From: Ruminococcus sp. UBA3665
GTDB lineage: Bacteria > Bacillota > Clostridia > Oscillospirales > Ruminococcaceae
Length of the DNA stretch: 64,000 bases
Assembly: GCA_002373165.1 (NCBI GenBank)
Contig: DFJS01000067.1
Location: forward strand, 1,380 to 65,379
Direction: 5' to 3'
Of the stretch, positions 43,814-53,742 are shown in pieces. Below the pieces are notes generated by a model. That model was not told the origin of the DNA. It ran no database searches and saw only the letters and a list, made by a program, of their open reading frames with translations. Position 1 is the stretch's first letter; each line of letters begins with the position of its first letter. A program made the position numbers and the translations under genes.

Positions 43814-44353
43814 ATGGCAATTGTAAGACGTTCTCCCTTAGATCCCTATCCGGTTACGCCGGGCTATCTGGCCACCAGAAACAGTGCACTGCACATTCCG
43901 CCTGTGCAGTTCTCGAACATGAAATTCAAATCTGACGAAGTTTACGGCATTGTAATTGATATTCCGCTGGGTCAGACAATCATGGTAACCATGGTCTGCT
44001 TTATCAACGGCGCAGCAAATCTGTACTTCAACAACGGCAGTGAATATACAGGCGCATCGACAAAATACAAATCTGTCGTACAGGCGGCCAGAAATCTGGT
44101 AGTCAATGCAACCGCCCTCAAGCAGACCTGCAAGAGAACATCACAGTTTCCTCTGCCTGTTGCCGGAAAGCATTTTGTCTACATGATGACCAAGCGCGGC
44201 ATTTTCAAAGCCGAAATTGACCCCAGAACAGTTCAGCAGGATTCCAAAGAAAAACGTGTGGTTTATTATCTTTACCAGCAGGTAATGGGTGCACTGCGGG
44301 TGGCACAGCTCCGTGATGCAGAAAATCTGCCGGAAGGCGGTAATCAGGCATGA
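43814..44353 (+). CDS. hypothetical protein
   Basis: 179 aa with a GAAAGGA RBS and an ATGA overlap with trpS. No recognisable family. Confidence 0.55.
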   Translation: MAIVRRSPLDPYPVTPGYLATRNSALHIPPVQFSNMKFKSDEVYGIVIDIPLGQTIMVTMVCFINGAANLYFNNGSEYTGASTKYKSVVQAARNLVVNATALKQTCKRTSQFPLPVAGKHFVYMMTKRGIFKAEIDPRTVQQDSKEKRVVYYLYQQVMGALRVAQLRDAENLPEGGNQA

Positions 44354-45357
44354 GTGAACAGAAAAAACTGATTTTCAGCGGCATTCAGCCCACAGGCACT
44401 TTCACACTGGGAAACTATATCGGCGCAATCCGCAACTGGAAACCCCTCCAGGATGATTACAGATGCATCTACTGTGTTGTGGATGAACATGCAATTACGG
44501 TAAAAATCGAACCGGCCAAGCTTCGTCAGAAAACACTGGAAGCCTATGCACAGCTGCTTGCCTGCGGCATCGATCTGGATAAATCTTTGCTGTTTATTCA
44601 AAGCCATGTGCCGACTCATGCACAGCTTTCCTGGATTCTGAACTGTTCCACACAGTTCGGCGAACTTTCCAGAATGACACAGTTCAAAGACAAAAGTCAG
44701 AAACATCCGGATGATGTCAACGCCGGACTGTTTGACTATCCTGTCCTGATGGCCGCGGATATTCTGGTTTATAATGCCGATCTGGTTCCTGTAGGCGCAG
44801 ATCAGATGCAGCATCTGGAGCTTGCCCGTACAATTGCAAGAAGATTCAACGGCCGTTACGGCGAAACTTTCACAGTTCCGGAAGGCTATGTTGCTCCTGT
44901 GGGCGCAAAAGTCATGTCTTTGCAGGAACCGACAAAGAAAATGTCTAAATCGGACGAAAATCCCAATGCTGTGATTTTAATTCTGGATGATAAAGACACA
45001 ATTATCCGGAAATTCAAAAGAGCCGTGACGGACAGCGAAACAGAAATTGCATTCCGTGAAGGCAAGGACGGTATTAATAATCTGCTGACAATCTATTCTG
45101 CCGTAACAGGAAAAACCATTCCGGAAGCCGAACAGGAATTTGCCGGACAGGGTTACGGTACATTCAAGATTGCCGTGGGCGAAGCCGTGGCCGATCATCT
45201 TGCGCCGGTACGTGAAGAATATGCCCGTCTGATTGCCGATAAGGCATATCTGAAAGACTGCTACACCCGCTGTGCCGGAGAAGCTCTGCGCTATTCCCAG
45301 AGAATCTTGAATAAAGTTTATAAAAAAGTCGGCTTTATTGCTTCTGAAATCAGGTGA
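44350..45357 (+). CDS. trpS: tryptophan--tRNA ligase
   Basis: SGIQPTGTFTLGNYIGA (HIGH-type region) and KMSKS. 335 aa. Confidence 0.93.
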   Translation: MSEQKKLIFSGIQPTGTFTLGNYIGAIRNWKPLQDDYRCIYCVVDEHAITVKIEPAKLRQKTLEAYAQLLACGIDLDKSLLFIQSHVPTHAQLSWILNCSTQFGELSRMTQFKDKSQKHPDDVNAGLFDYPVLMAADILVYNADLVPVGADQMQHLELARTIARRFNGRYGETFTVPEGYVAPVGAKVMSLQEPTKKMSKSDENPNAVILILDDKDTIIRKFKRAVTDSETEIAFREGKDGINNLLTIYSAVTGKTIPEAEQEFAGQGYGTFKIAVGEAVADHLAPVREEYARLIADKAYLKDCYTRCAGEALRYSQRILNKVYKKVGFIASEIR

Positions 45358-46166
45358 TCCGCATGGTAGACTATACACAGAAAGAGACTTATCAGATTCA
45401 GGATTTGCAGGAAATTGTCAGACTTCTGCGCAGTCCCGGCGGCTGTCCCTGGGATAAGGAACAGAATCATACTTCTATCCGCAACGACTTTCTGGAAGAA
45501 GCTTACGAAGCTGTCGAAGCCATCGATCTGCTTAACATGGATATGATGCGCGAAGAACTGGGCGATGTGCTCTTGCAGGTAGTCTTTCACTGCACACTTG
45601 CCGAAGAAGAAAAAGCATTTGATTTTAATGCCGTCTGTGACGAAATCTGCAAAAAGCTGATTATCCGTCATCCGCATGTGTTCGGCGATGTTGTCGCCAA
45701 TGATACGGAAACTGTCCTGAATAACTGGGATGCCATCAAAAAAGAAACCAAGCATCAGGAAACGTATACTGATACGCTCCAGGCCGTAGCCAAGTCACTG
45801 CCTGCGCTCGCCAGAGCACAGAAAGTCGGCAAACGTGCCAAAAAAGCCGGTATGGACTTCCGCACTGCACAGGATGCCTTCTCCTGCATTCAGGCCGAAC
45901 ATGACGAACTTCAGGAAGCCATGCAGTCCGCCGATCAGAACCGCATAGAAGAAGAATTCGGCGATCTGCTTTTTTCCTGCGTCAATACCGCCCGTCATCT
46001 GGGCATAGATGCCGAACAGGCACTCTCCAGAGCAACGGAAAAATTCATCCGCCGCTTTGCCGCGACCGAACAGCTTGTGACAGAATCCGGAAAAAATATG
46101 CCTGACCTGCCTATTGAAGAACTTGATCTTTACTGGAATCAGGCCAAACAACAAACTGATTTATAA
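45354..46166 (+). CDS. mazG: MazG nucleoside triphosphate pyrophosphohydrolase
   Basis: LRSPGGCPWDKEQNHTSIRNDFLEEAYEAVEAI and a second MazG repeat EEFGDLLFSCVN. The start is either the GTG at 45354 or the ATG at 45363. Confidence 0.88.
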   Translation: MIRMVDYTQKETYQIQDLQEIVRLLRSPGGCPWDKEQNHTSIRNDFLEEAYEAVEAIDLLNMDMMREELGDVLLQVVFHCTLAEEEKAFDFNAVCDEICKKLIIRHPHVFGDVVANDTETVLNNWDAIKKETKHQETYTDTLQAVAKSLPALARAQKVGKRAKKAGMDFRTAQDAFSCIQAEHDELQEAMQSADQNRIEEEFGDLLFSCVNTARHLGIDAEQALSRATEKFIRRFAATEQLVTESGKNMPDLPIEELDLYWNQAKQQTDL

Positions 46167-46196
46167 TTTTTATCATTTTTACAGGAGGAATTTATC

Positions 46197-46481
46197 ATGA
46201 CTAAATCTGAATTAATCGCTATGTATGCCAAGAACAGAGACCGCAAAAGAAAAGATGCCGAAGCCGATGTTAATTTTATTTTTGATACCATCTGTGCTTC
46301 TCTTGCCGAAGGCGAAAAAGTTGTCCTGACTGGTTTTGGTACATTCGATGTGCGCGAACGCAAGGAAAAACGCTGTCTGAATCCCCGTACCCGCGAACCG
46401 ATTCAGCTTCCTTCCGGCAAAGCTCCTGCCTTCAAGGCCGGCAGAGGCCTCAAAGAAGCCGTAAATCCCAAAAAGGACTGA
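46197..46481 (+). CDS. hup: DNA-binding protein HU
   Basis: 94 aa with GFGTFDVRERKEKRCLNPRTREPIQLPSGKAPAFKAG. Confidence 0.9.
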   Translation: MTKSELIAMYAKNRDRKRKDAEADVNFIFDTICASLAEGEKVVLTGFGTFDVRERKEKRCLNPRTREPIQLPSGKAPAFKAGRGLKEAVNPKKD

Positions 46482-46488
46482 TCTTTCT

Positions 46489-47499
46489 ATGAAAAAGAAT
46501 ATCCTGAAAAAATCCATTTCCTGCTGTCTGGCATTCTGTGCCGTTCTGCTGTGCTGTCATGCGTGCGGCACGGAGACAGAAAAGCCGGATACCATCGAAG
46601 ATATTCTCAACCCAAGACGAAACGAGCAGGAAACGGAAACAGAAACTTCTTCCGCACATCTGACGGAAGAAACCCAGGAATCGACAGAATATCAGAGTCT
46701 TTTCTTTCCGGAGACGAATATTCCTACAGAAGTGCCCGAAACTTACGCGGCGGAAACAGAAACGGCCTCTGAATTTGTCCTTCCCTCGGAAACACTTCCT
46801 GTCGCAGTGACAGTACCCGTGGCAGAAACGGAAACAGAAACAGCCGTCCCGGAAATTTCTTCCGCAGAATGGGAAACCGCTTACAGAGAATTTCTTGAAA
46901 GAAAATCTTTTCAGCGGCAGATTTCTGCCGATGTGCAGGAAGCCGATACACGCTTTCTGTTATTATATTTAAATCAGGACGATATTCCGGAACTGTTTAT
47001 TCAGACTACTATGGAAGTGCTGATTTATTCCTGTCACAACGGCCGTGTAGTCTATATCGATCATTTTTATCCCAGTCATTATACTTATAATTTTTACTAC
47101 CGGCCATATCATAACACCCTTGGTTCTTTGCAGGGTTCGGTCATGGCGGACGGGACTTATCTGGAAATTTATGAATTTGAAGATTCGCCGCTTTCCGCTT
47201 CCGGCCTGGTGCTGAAAACAACCTATTGTTATCCTACCAGGGATTACAGCTACGAAATCTACGCCGAACGCGGCATGAATATCGACCTTGACAAAGCCCC
47301 GGAACTGGATGTGCATCCGGACCGGGCAAATAATCTCGGCAGCAGCTGGATTACCATCCCGGATGTACTGGAGGCCAGCCCCTGCATTCCGCGTTATGAA
47401 ATGACAGAAGAAGATCTGGATGCTCTGTTCGGCTCGAAAGAAACAGATCCCACAGAAGAAACGGAAGAAACTCAGGAGAAAAAATATGCGTTTAGATAA
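46489..47499 (+). CDS. hypothetical lipoprotein/secreted protein with an E/T-rich linker
   Basis: The signal sequence ends in CCHACG. ETETETS low-complexity region. 336 aa. Confidence 0.6.
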   Translation: MKKNILKKSISCCLAFCAVLLCCHACGTETEKPDTIEDILNPRRNEQETETETSSAHLTEETQESTEYQSLFFPETNIPTEVPETYAAETETASEFVLPSETLPVAVTVPVAETETETAVPEISSAEWETAYREFLERKSFQRQISADVQEADTRFLLLYLNQDDIPELFIQTTMEVLIYSCHNGRVVYIDHFYPSHYTYNFYYRPYHNTLGSLQGSVMADGTYLEIYEFEDSPLSASGLVLKTTYCYPTRDYSYEIYAERGMNIDLDKAPELDVHPDRANNLGSSWITIPDVLEASPCIPRYEMTEEDLDALFGSKETDPTEETEETQEKKYAFR

Positions 47500-47725
47500 A
47501 TATCTTAAAAATTCCCGGCTGATCAAACGCCGGACAATCGCCAACGAGGCCTGCGATGCCGGAAAGGTGCTTGTCAATGATAAAGTCGCCCGTGCTTCTT
47601 ACGATGTCAAACTGAATGATATTATTGAAATTCAGATGGGTGCAAAAGCCGTGAAAGTCCGTGTGCTGGCACTTTCTGAAAATGCAACGAAGGCCAATGC
47701 CGCTGCCATGTACGAAGTAGTCTGA
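47486..47725 (+). CDS. S4-domain RNA-binding protein (YabO/Hsp15-like)
   Basis: ATG at 47486 after a CAGGAG RBS. MRLDKYLKNSRLIKRRTIANEACDAGKVLVNDKVA. Confidence 0.82.
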   Translation: MRLDKYLKNSRLIKRRTIANEACDAGKVLVNDKVARASYDVKLNDIIEIQMGAKAVKVRVLALSENATKANAAAMYEVV

Positions 47726-47738
47726 ATTTTATACAAAA

Positions 47739-47765
47739 ACTCCCTGCTTTTCCGGGGAGTTTTTG
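47739..47765 (+). terminator. intrinsic terminator
   Basis: ACTCCCTG/CGGGGAGT stem followed by TTTT. Confidence 0.7.
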
Positions 47766-47910
47766 TCTGTTTGATAGAAAACAAAAAATTTTTCAAAAAA
47801 ATATCCAATATTTTTCCCATTTTGTTGTTATATAAACAGAAGGCTGTCAGCCGGACAGATTATTTATTATTTTTTGAAGTATCCAAGCTAATCGCTTTTC
47901 GTAAAGAGGT

Positions 47911-47959
47911 AAAACCGAAAGGACGCTCCCACTGCGCAAGGGAACGTCCTTTTCGGTTT
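47911..47959 (-). terminator. long hairpin after the sugar-binding protein gene
   Basis: AAAACCGAAAGGACG/CGTCCTTTTCGGTTT 15-bp stem, 9 nt after the stop at 47968. Confidence 0.6.
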
Positions 47960-47967
47960 GCTAGAAA

Positions 47968-48933
47968 TCATCCCACTGGATGAATCATAAACTGAATATC
48001 TTCATGATTCAGATTTTCTTCTGTTACAAGAGCAATTCCTGTATCCATCATAGCAGAGGGAATTTCCTGACCTTTCAGCAGATACGATGCCGCCATCACG
48101 CCGAAATATCCCATATTATAAGGATTCTGTACAATGACACCGGCCAGTGTGCCGTTATTGATATCTGCATCTGCGCCGTCGAAATAGTCAAAGCCGACTA
48201 CCTGCACCTGACCTTCGGAAATCGTGCCGTCTTTCACAAGACTGTTCACAGCCTGACAGGCTCCTATTGTAGTGGGCTGATTGGTTGCATAGAGAATATC
48301 AATCTCAGGATTTTCCGTAATCATCTGTACAGCAGTATCTTTGGTTTTGGCAGAATCGCCGCCGCAGTCCACGGGTTCGAGCAGCTGGATGCCGTCCGCA
48401 GTATCGAACGAACTCACAAAGCCGCTGGTTCTCTGCTGTGCAGTCTGGGAAGCACTGTCATGAGTCAGCACAGCAACGACAGAATCTTTTTCGGCGATTT
48501 CTTTGACATATCTTCCGGCGACTGCCGAGGCGGATTCGTTCTGTGTACCGATAAAAGCAGTACGTGTTTCCAGAGAAATATCACTGTCGATAGTGATAAC
48601 CGGAATGCCTTTCTGAATCACCTGTGACAGAGCATCATTCATTTCGTCCATGACGACCGGCGCAAGCACAATTGCCTGTGCGCCGTCGGAAACGGCCTGA
48701 TTGACAAGGTCGATTTGTTTTTGATAATCTTCTTTTTCGGGCGCGGTATAAGATACACTGACATCCAGTTCAGATTCTGCATCTTCCACAGCTTTTTTGA
48801 CAGAATCCCAATAAGGGTCAGTACTTTTACAGATAACTGCAATTTTCATTTCCGGCGAATCTTTCTGTTTAGAGCAGGCAGTACAAGTTACCGTCAGCAT
48901 GACTGCGGACAGCAGAGCAATTAATTTTTTCAT
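47968..48933 (-). CDS. periplasmic-binding-protein type I sugar-binding lipoprotein (RbsB-like), with no adjacent permease or ATPase
   Basis: Lipobox VTCTAC. KIAVICKSTDPYWDSVKKAVEDAE... 321 aa. Confidence 0.8.
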   Translation of the reverse strand: MKKLIALLSAVMLTVTCTACSKQKDSPEMKIAVICKSTDPYWDSVKKAVEDAESELDVSVSYTAPEKEDYQKQIDLVNQAVSDGAQAIVLAPVVMDEMNDALSQVIQKGIPVITIDSDISLETRTAFIGTQNESASAVAGRYVKEIAEKDSVVAVLTHDSASQTAQQRTSGFVSSFDTADGIQLLEPVDCGGDSAKTKDTAVQMITENPEIDILYATNQPTTIGACQAVNSLVKDGTISEGQVQVVGFDYFDGADADINNGTLAGVIVQNPYNMGYFGVMAASYLLKGQEIPSAMMDTGIALVTEENLNHEDIQFMIHPVG

Positions 48934-49087
48934 GACAAATTCCCTTCTCAGATAATTATTTTAATAATGTTTTGCAACAATCAATTGTAGGTTGACAATT
49001 CTATTATAGCACAGTATTACAAATCCTGTCAAGTTATAATATACAAAAAAGAAGAAGATTTTTGAAAAAATCAGTTCAATATGCTGT

Positions 49088-50467
49088 TTACTCGCCGGGA
49101 TGCGAAATCCAGCACTGTCCGCCGGATTGTTCTGGTTCTGCGGCATAGCTCTGGATTATTTTATTAGTAACAGCATCAATATCGAGTATCATGCTGTAAT
49201 GATTTTCCTGAAGCTCCTGTTCAGTAGGCTGAAAGATCATATGCCATACGGGGGTCAGCACATAGCCCTGAAAGATGCCGCGGCTGTCGGTAATTTTTTC
49301 CGTAGCATACTGAATTTTTGCGGATTCGAGAATTCTTTCTTCTGTGAGAAAATCATCCGCAAGCTGAAACGCCTGATTGACATCCAGCAGAGTAACAGCT
49401 TCTGTTTTGGGATTGATGTCAGTATACTGAATCTGCGTTGGCGGATTGAGGAAATAATTTGCTTTGACATAACCGATCTGATTTTTCTGAAACATGCCGA
49501 TTTCGATCCATGTGCCTTCGGTCTGCACTGGATTTCCGGAAGAGATACAGGCATCGGAAACGACAGGCATATCCCGGCTGACAAAGCCGAACCGGAATAT
49601 AACTGCCTGACGGCCGTCCGGGAAGTTACGGATTTCCAGCCCCTCGTCAGAAAGATGATAATCAGAAGTAAAAAACAAAGAACTTTCTGTTTCGTAAGAA
49701 TATAAAAATTCCCGTGCAGTATTCATCATTTCAATGAGAGTGACTTCCTGGCCGTCCAGCATGACAGCATCCCCGTATCCGGCAAAGAGAGTATCCGTAT
49801 CGCGCTGAATATCATATTTATTTTTTCCCTCGTCATAGATTAATTTTACAGGAAACTGCCAGACGGGATTTCTCTGCGTGTAGACAGAATCGGGATTCTG
49901 CGGAAAATCTTTTCTGCTGACGGTCAGGTTCTGGAATTCGGCATCATAATGCAGAAGAATTTTATCAGAATCATATTCCAGAGCCTGAATATCAGGATAT
50001 TCCTGTTCCGGAACAGAGGGGAAAGACATTGTTTTATCTTTCATGATACAGGTCAGCAGTTTGGGATTCAGTTCTTCGCCGGAAAAATAGCTCCAGATTT
50101 CTGAAATTTTCTGAATATTTTTTTCAGAAACTGATTTTTTCTCATAGAACCGCTGTTCAATATTGCCGACCCGGCATACTATTTCTTCGATAGTGCTGGT
50201 TTCTGTAAGAATATGTTCTGTCTGAGGATGTTTGTTCTTTCGGAGCGCGCCATAATTCAGCCACGGCTTGACAGATTCAAAACCGGGAACTGCTTCTGTT
50301 TCGGGAAGAGGAGCAGTTTCGCGCATAGTGCCGCCAAGAGCAGGCTGTTCTGTGGGAGGCATAGTGAAAAGAAACGGCTGTTCCGGATTTTTCTCACAGG
50401 CCTGACAGAACAGCATGATTGCCAGCACAGGAATGATAACTACATGATAAAATTTCATCATCGGCAC
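49088..50467 (-). CDS. hypothetical secreted protein/lipoprotein
   Basis: 459 aa with an N-terminal hydrophobic segment ending in CQAC. No recognisable domain. Confidence 0.6.
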   Translation of the reverse strand: MPMMKFYHVVIIPVLAIMLFCQACEKNPEQPFLFTMPPTEQPALGGTMRETAPLPETEAVPGFESVKPWLNYGALRKNKHPQTEHILTETSTIEEIVCRVGNIEQRFYEKKSVSEKNIQKISEIWSYFSGEELNPKLLTCIMKDKTMSFPSVPEQEYPDIQALEYDSDKILLHYDAEFQNLTVSRKDFPQNPDSVYTQRNPVWQFPVKLIYDEGKNKYDIQRDTDTLFAGYGDAVMLDGQEVTLIEMMNTAREFLYSYETESSLFFTSDYHLSDEGLEIRNFPDGRQAVIFRFGFVSRDMPVVSDACISSGNPVQTEGTWIEIGMFQKNQIGYVKANYFLNPPTQIQYTDINPKTEAVTLLDVNQAFQLADDFLTEERILESAKIQYATEKITDSRGIFQGYVLTPVWHMIFQPTEQELQENHYSMILDIDAVTNKIIQSYAAEPEQSGGQCWISHPGE

Positions 50468-50489
50468 CGCCTTAAAATAGATTTCTGCA

Positions 50490-50541
50490 TAAAAAACACA
50501 TGACCTCCGGAAAATATGACAGAAATTCTCCGGAAGTCATG
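50490..50541 (-). terminator. intrinsic terminator after the MBL-fold gene
   Basis: CATGACCTCCGGA/TCCGGAAGTCATG 13-bp stem (1 mismatch) followed by a U-run on the minus strand. Confidence 0.7.
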
Positions 50542-50572
50542 AGTTTTGTAGGAATATACAAAAATAAGAAGA

Positions 50573-51499
50573 TTAAACTGTGCTGTCTGCCGAAATTTCA
50601 GAATCTTCTCCGGCAGAATCGTCTTCTTTGAAGTTCATCCATGTTTCAAAGCTGACCGCGCTGCCTGTGCTGGTACAGCGGATATTGCCGTCCCGGAAGG
50701 TGACATATGTTTCGATATTACGGTCAGCAAGTTCCTGCATGATAACTTCGGAAAGGTTTTCTTCATCTGTTGTGACAACAGCATATTCAGGCGTAACCTG
50801 ATCCAGAAATTCGCCCAGATTAGCGACTTCTCTGCCGTGATAGGGTTCTTTGAGGACATCGCAGTCGCCCATATCCATCAGTTCTGTAAGACGTTCCTGC
50901 ATGGCATCGCCCGTAAAAAGAAAAACTTCATCATGATGTGTCATTTTAATCACGAGTGAATGATTATTATCATCGCCGTCATGATAAGATTTCTGCTGAC
51001 AGGGATAGATTTCAAAATAGGCATCATCCAGCATAAAAGTCATAGAAGAAGAAGTCAGCAGTTCCCATTCCAGGCCTTTGAGTTCCATTGCTTCGCACAG
51101 GTTAGTATATTCCGTGCTTGCTTCGGAATAATTTGCGCCGATCACATGACTGACATTGAATTCGTTGACGACTTTTGCCGCGCCGCCGATATGGTCCTGA
51201 TCATAATGTGTAAGAATCATATAATCGACAGTATCCGTACCGAGGGCATTCAGGCAGTTGCGGACTTTTTTCCCGTCTGTTTTCTCGCCGCAGTCGATGA
51301 CGACAGCATGATTTTCTGTCTTGATGACAGCAGCATCTGCCTTGCCAACTTTGAGAAAATCGACAGTCAGGTTATAAGTTTCGGCAGGTTCTGTATAGGC
51401 GGCAGTCTGACTGGGTTCAGAAGAAGCCGTTCCCTGGGAACATCCGGTCAGCAGCAGGCTGATTCCTGCAAGCATCGCATATAATTTTGTTATTTTCAT
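50573..51499 (-). CDS. MBL-fold metallo-hydrolase lipoprotein (ComEC C-terminal-domain-like)
   Basis: ATG at 51499 (GAAAGGA RBS). Lipobox LLLTGC. Metal motif LTHYDQDHIGG. Confidence 0.8.
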   Translation of the reverse strand: MKITKLYAMLAGISLLLTGCSQGTASSEPSQTAAYTEPAETYNLTVDFLKVGKADAAVIKTENHAVVIDCGEKTDGKKVRNCLNALGTDTVDYMILTHYDQDHIGGAAKVVNEFNVSHVIGANYSEASTEYTNLCEAMELKGLEWELLTSSSMTFMLDDAYFEIYPCQQKSYHDGDDNNHSLVIKMTHHDEVFLFTGDAMQERLTELMDMGDCDVLKEPYHGREVANLGEFLDQVTPEYAVVTTDEENLSEVIMQELADRNIETYVTFRDGNIRCTSTGSAVSFETWMNFKEDDSAGEDSEISADSTV

Positions 51500-51610
51500 A
51501 AAAATAATCCTTTCTTGAAAAATAAAAATAATATAAAAAACTGCATAAAAATCGGCTGGAACTTTCAGGAAAAAGCAGGCCGTGCAGACAAGCCGCATGA
51601 CCTGCATTTC

Positions 51611-53395
51611 TCAGAGGGTACTTGTATTGATACTGTACTGGTGTGAAAATTTTTCAAAATTATCGTTGAAATTCTTGTTGCCGAATTTGACTTTGTTCAG
51701 ATAGCCGTGAGTTTCAAACGTGCTGTGAGAAGTTTCAATGACAGATACGGCAATATTGGAGCAGTGATCGGAAACGCGTTCAAAATTATTCAGAATATCG
51801 GCCAGAACAAAGCCTGTCTCGATGGTGCAGGTGCCTGCCTGAAGCCGCTTGACATGATTGGCCTTGATATCTCTTGTCAGATAATCAATGACCTGTTCCA
51901 GCGGTTCGATATCGGCGGCATCGGCTTCATCTACAGTTTTATAGACTCTGTAGGCGCGTTCGAGGATATCTTCCAGAGCCTCGGTGAGCACATCCATTTC
52001 CTTCATGGCATTTTCAGAGAACTGTAATTTTTTGTCATGAATTTCCTTGGCGATATCGGCCAGATTAATGGCATGATCTCCGAGGCGTTCAAAATCTCCG
52101 ATAGCTCTCAGCACCCGGGAAGATACCTGACTGTCATGTTCGGACAATGCCTGCGAAGTCAGCTGTACCAGTGTCGTACCTATTTTATCTTCATAGTCAT
52201 CTAATTTGTCTTCATTTTTGAATACTTTTTCGGCTTTTTTTTTATCATAATCTGTCAGGAGAGAAATACTCATGAACATAGTTTCTTTTGCAAGCTTTGC
52301 CATTTTCCGGGAAGCTTCATCGCATTCTGTTACAGCAACAGAAGGGGTTGTCAGCAGACGCTTGTCAAGCAGAGCATGTTCTTCCTGCTGAGGTTCTGTT
52401 TCCTTGTCGGGGAGAATCCAGTTTGCAATTTTTTCCAGCTGTTTGGCAAACGGCAGCAGCAGAATTGTCGTCAGGATATTAAACACTGTGTGAACAATCG
52501 CAATGCCGACAGAATTGATTACCATATCCGAGAAGGCAAACCCGATTGTCATATCCAGAATTTCATAGAGTGTCAGGAAAAATACGGTTCCGATGATATT
52601 GAATGCAATATGAATCACGCCTACTTTCTTGGCGTTTCTGTTTACGCCGAAACTGGAGATCAGGGCAGTCACACAGGTGCCGATATTCTGTCCCATGATA
52701 ATCGGAATTGCCATGCCGAACGTAATTGCTTCGGAAGAATCGGCCAGTCTCTGGAGAATGCCGATAGATGCCGCAGAACTCTGGATCACTCCGGTTACGA
52801 CCGTGCCGACCAGTACGCCCAGCAGAGGATTTTCAAATTTTGTCAGAAGCTGCTGGAATTCCTGCGAATCTTTCAGCGGCGCAACCGCATCGCCCATCAG
52901 TACCATGCCATACATCAGGACGGCAAAGCCGACCAGGATATTTCCGATATCTTTTTTTCTGCCGTTTTTCGACATCATAATCAGCACTGCGCCGACCAGA
53001 GCAAAAATCAGGGAAAAATATTCCGGGTTCAGCAGTGACAGCCACAGGGGGCCTTCTGTATCCACACCCATCAGGCACAGCAGCCAGGTTGTAAACGTCT
53101 TGCCGATATTCGAGCCGATAATTACCGTTACTGTCTGACTGACATCCATCATGCCGCAGTTGACAAGTCCCACCAGCATGACCGTAACAGACGAGGAAGA
53201 CTGCAATACAATTGTGATAAACGTCCCCAGAAACAGACTAAGCCATGTATTGGATGTCAGTTTCTTCAATGCCTGTTCCAGTTTGCCTCCGGCCATTTTT
53301 TCCAGTCCGGAAGACATGACATTCATACCATACAGGAAGAACGCCAGCCCGCCGATGACCATAATCACCGCCAGCACTACTTCTTTGACACTCAT
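51611..53395 (-). CDS. Na+/phosphate cotransporter family protein with C-terminal PhoU-like repeats
   Basis: GGLAFFLYGMNVMSSGLEKMAGGKL and a second NptA repeat, with PhoU-like helices at the C-terminus. The likely start is the ATG at 53395. Confidence 0.87.
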   Translation of the reverse strand: MSVKEVVLAVIMVIGGLAFFLYGMNVMSSGLEKMAGGKLEQALKKLTSNTWLSLFLGTFITIVLQSSSSVTVMLVGLVNCGMMDVSQTVTVIIGSNIGKTFTTWLLCLMGVDTEGPLWLSLLNPEYFSLIFALVGAVLIMMSKNGRKKDIGNILVGFAVLMYGMVLMGDAVAPLKDSQEFQQLLTKFENPLLGVLVGTVVTGVIQSSAASIGILQRLADSSEAITFGMAIPIIMGQNIGTCVTALISSFGVNRNAKKVGVIHIAFNIIGTVFFLTLYEILDMTIGFAFSDMVINSVGIAIVHTVFNILTTILLLPFAKQLEKIANWILPDKETEPQQEEHALLDKRLLTTPSVAVTECDEASRKMAKLAKETMFMSISLLTDYDKKKAEKVFKNEDKLDDYEDKIGTTLVQLTSQALSEHDSQVSSRVLRAIGDFERLGDHAINLADIAKEIHDKKLQFSENAMKEMDVLTEALEDILERAYRVYKTVDEADAADIEPLEQVIDYLTRDIKANHVKRLQAGTCTIETGFVLADILNNFERVSDHCSNIAVSVIETSHSTFETHGYLNKVKFGNKNFNDNFEKFSHQYSINTSTL

Positions 53396-53599
53396 ACGTA
53401 ACAACCGCCTTTCAAGTGGTTTTGTTAAGAATAATCATAAGCCTGAAAGCTTAAAATAAGCTTGATTTCTGTAAATTTTCACATATTTTTCATGCCATTT
53501 TCATCATAGCAGAGAAATATAAAATGCACTAGTATAATCATGTTAAATCTATGTAAAATCCTGAATCCGGATTCACGGCAGGGATTTTTTTTCTGATTC

Positions 53600-53628
53600 T
53601 TGACAGGAACATAAAAATATGCTATAAT
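53600..53628 (+). promoter_or_regulatory. promoter of the paaK-ior operon
   Basis: TTGACA-17 nt-TATAAT with an extended TG. Confidence 0.65.
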
Positions 53629-53742
53629 AATGTTAATCATGCAAAACGCCCGGTTTATTTGATTAACTCTATCAAGAAACTATGTTTTTTGCACAAAAGC
53701 TTTAAAGTATTAAAATCCAAGAAAGAGAAGTGAATTTTTTTC

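Noticed and set aside
53520-53592. Weak TATAAT-like box followed by hairpin AATCCTG...CAGGGATT plus T8 (a possible third tiny transcript or 18-codon ORF)
   Set aside because: There is no acceptable -35 or extended -10, the stem is bulged, and the ORF has no RBS. It is more likely part of the divergent control region between the Na/Pi transporter and paaK.
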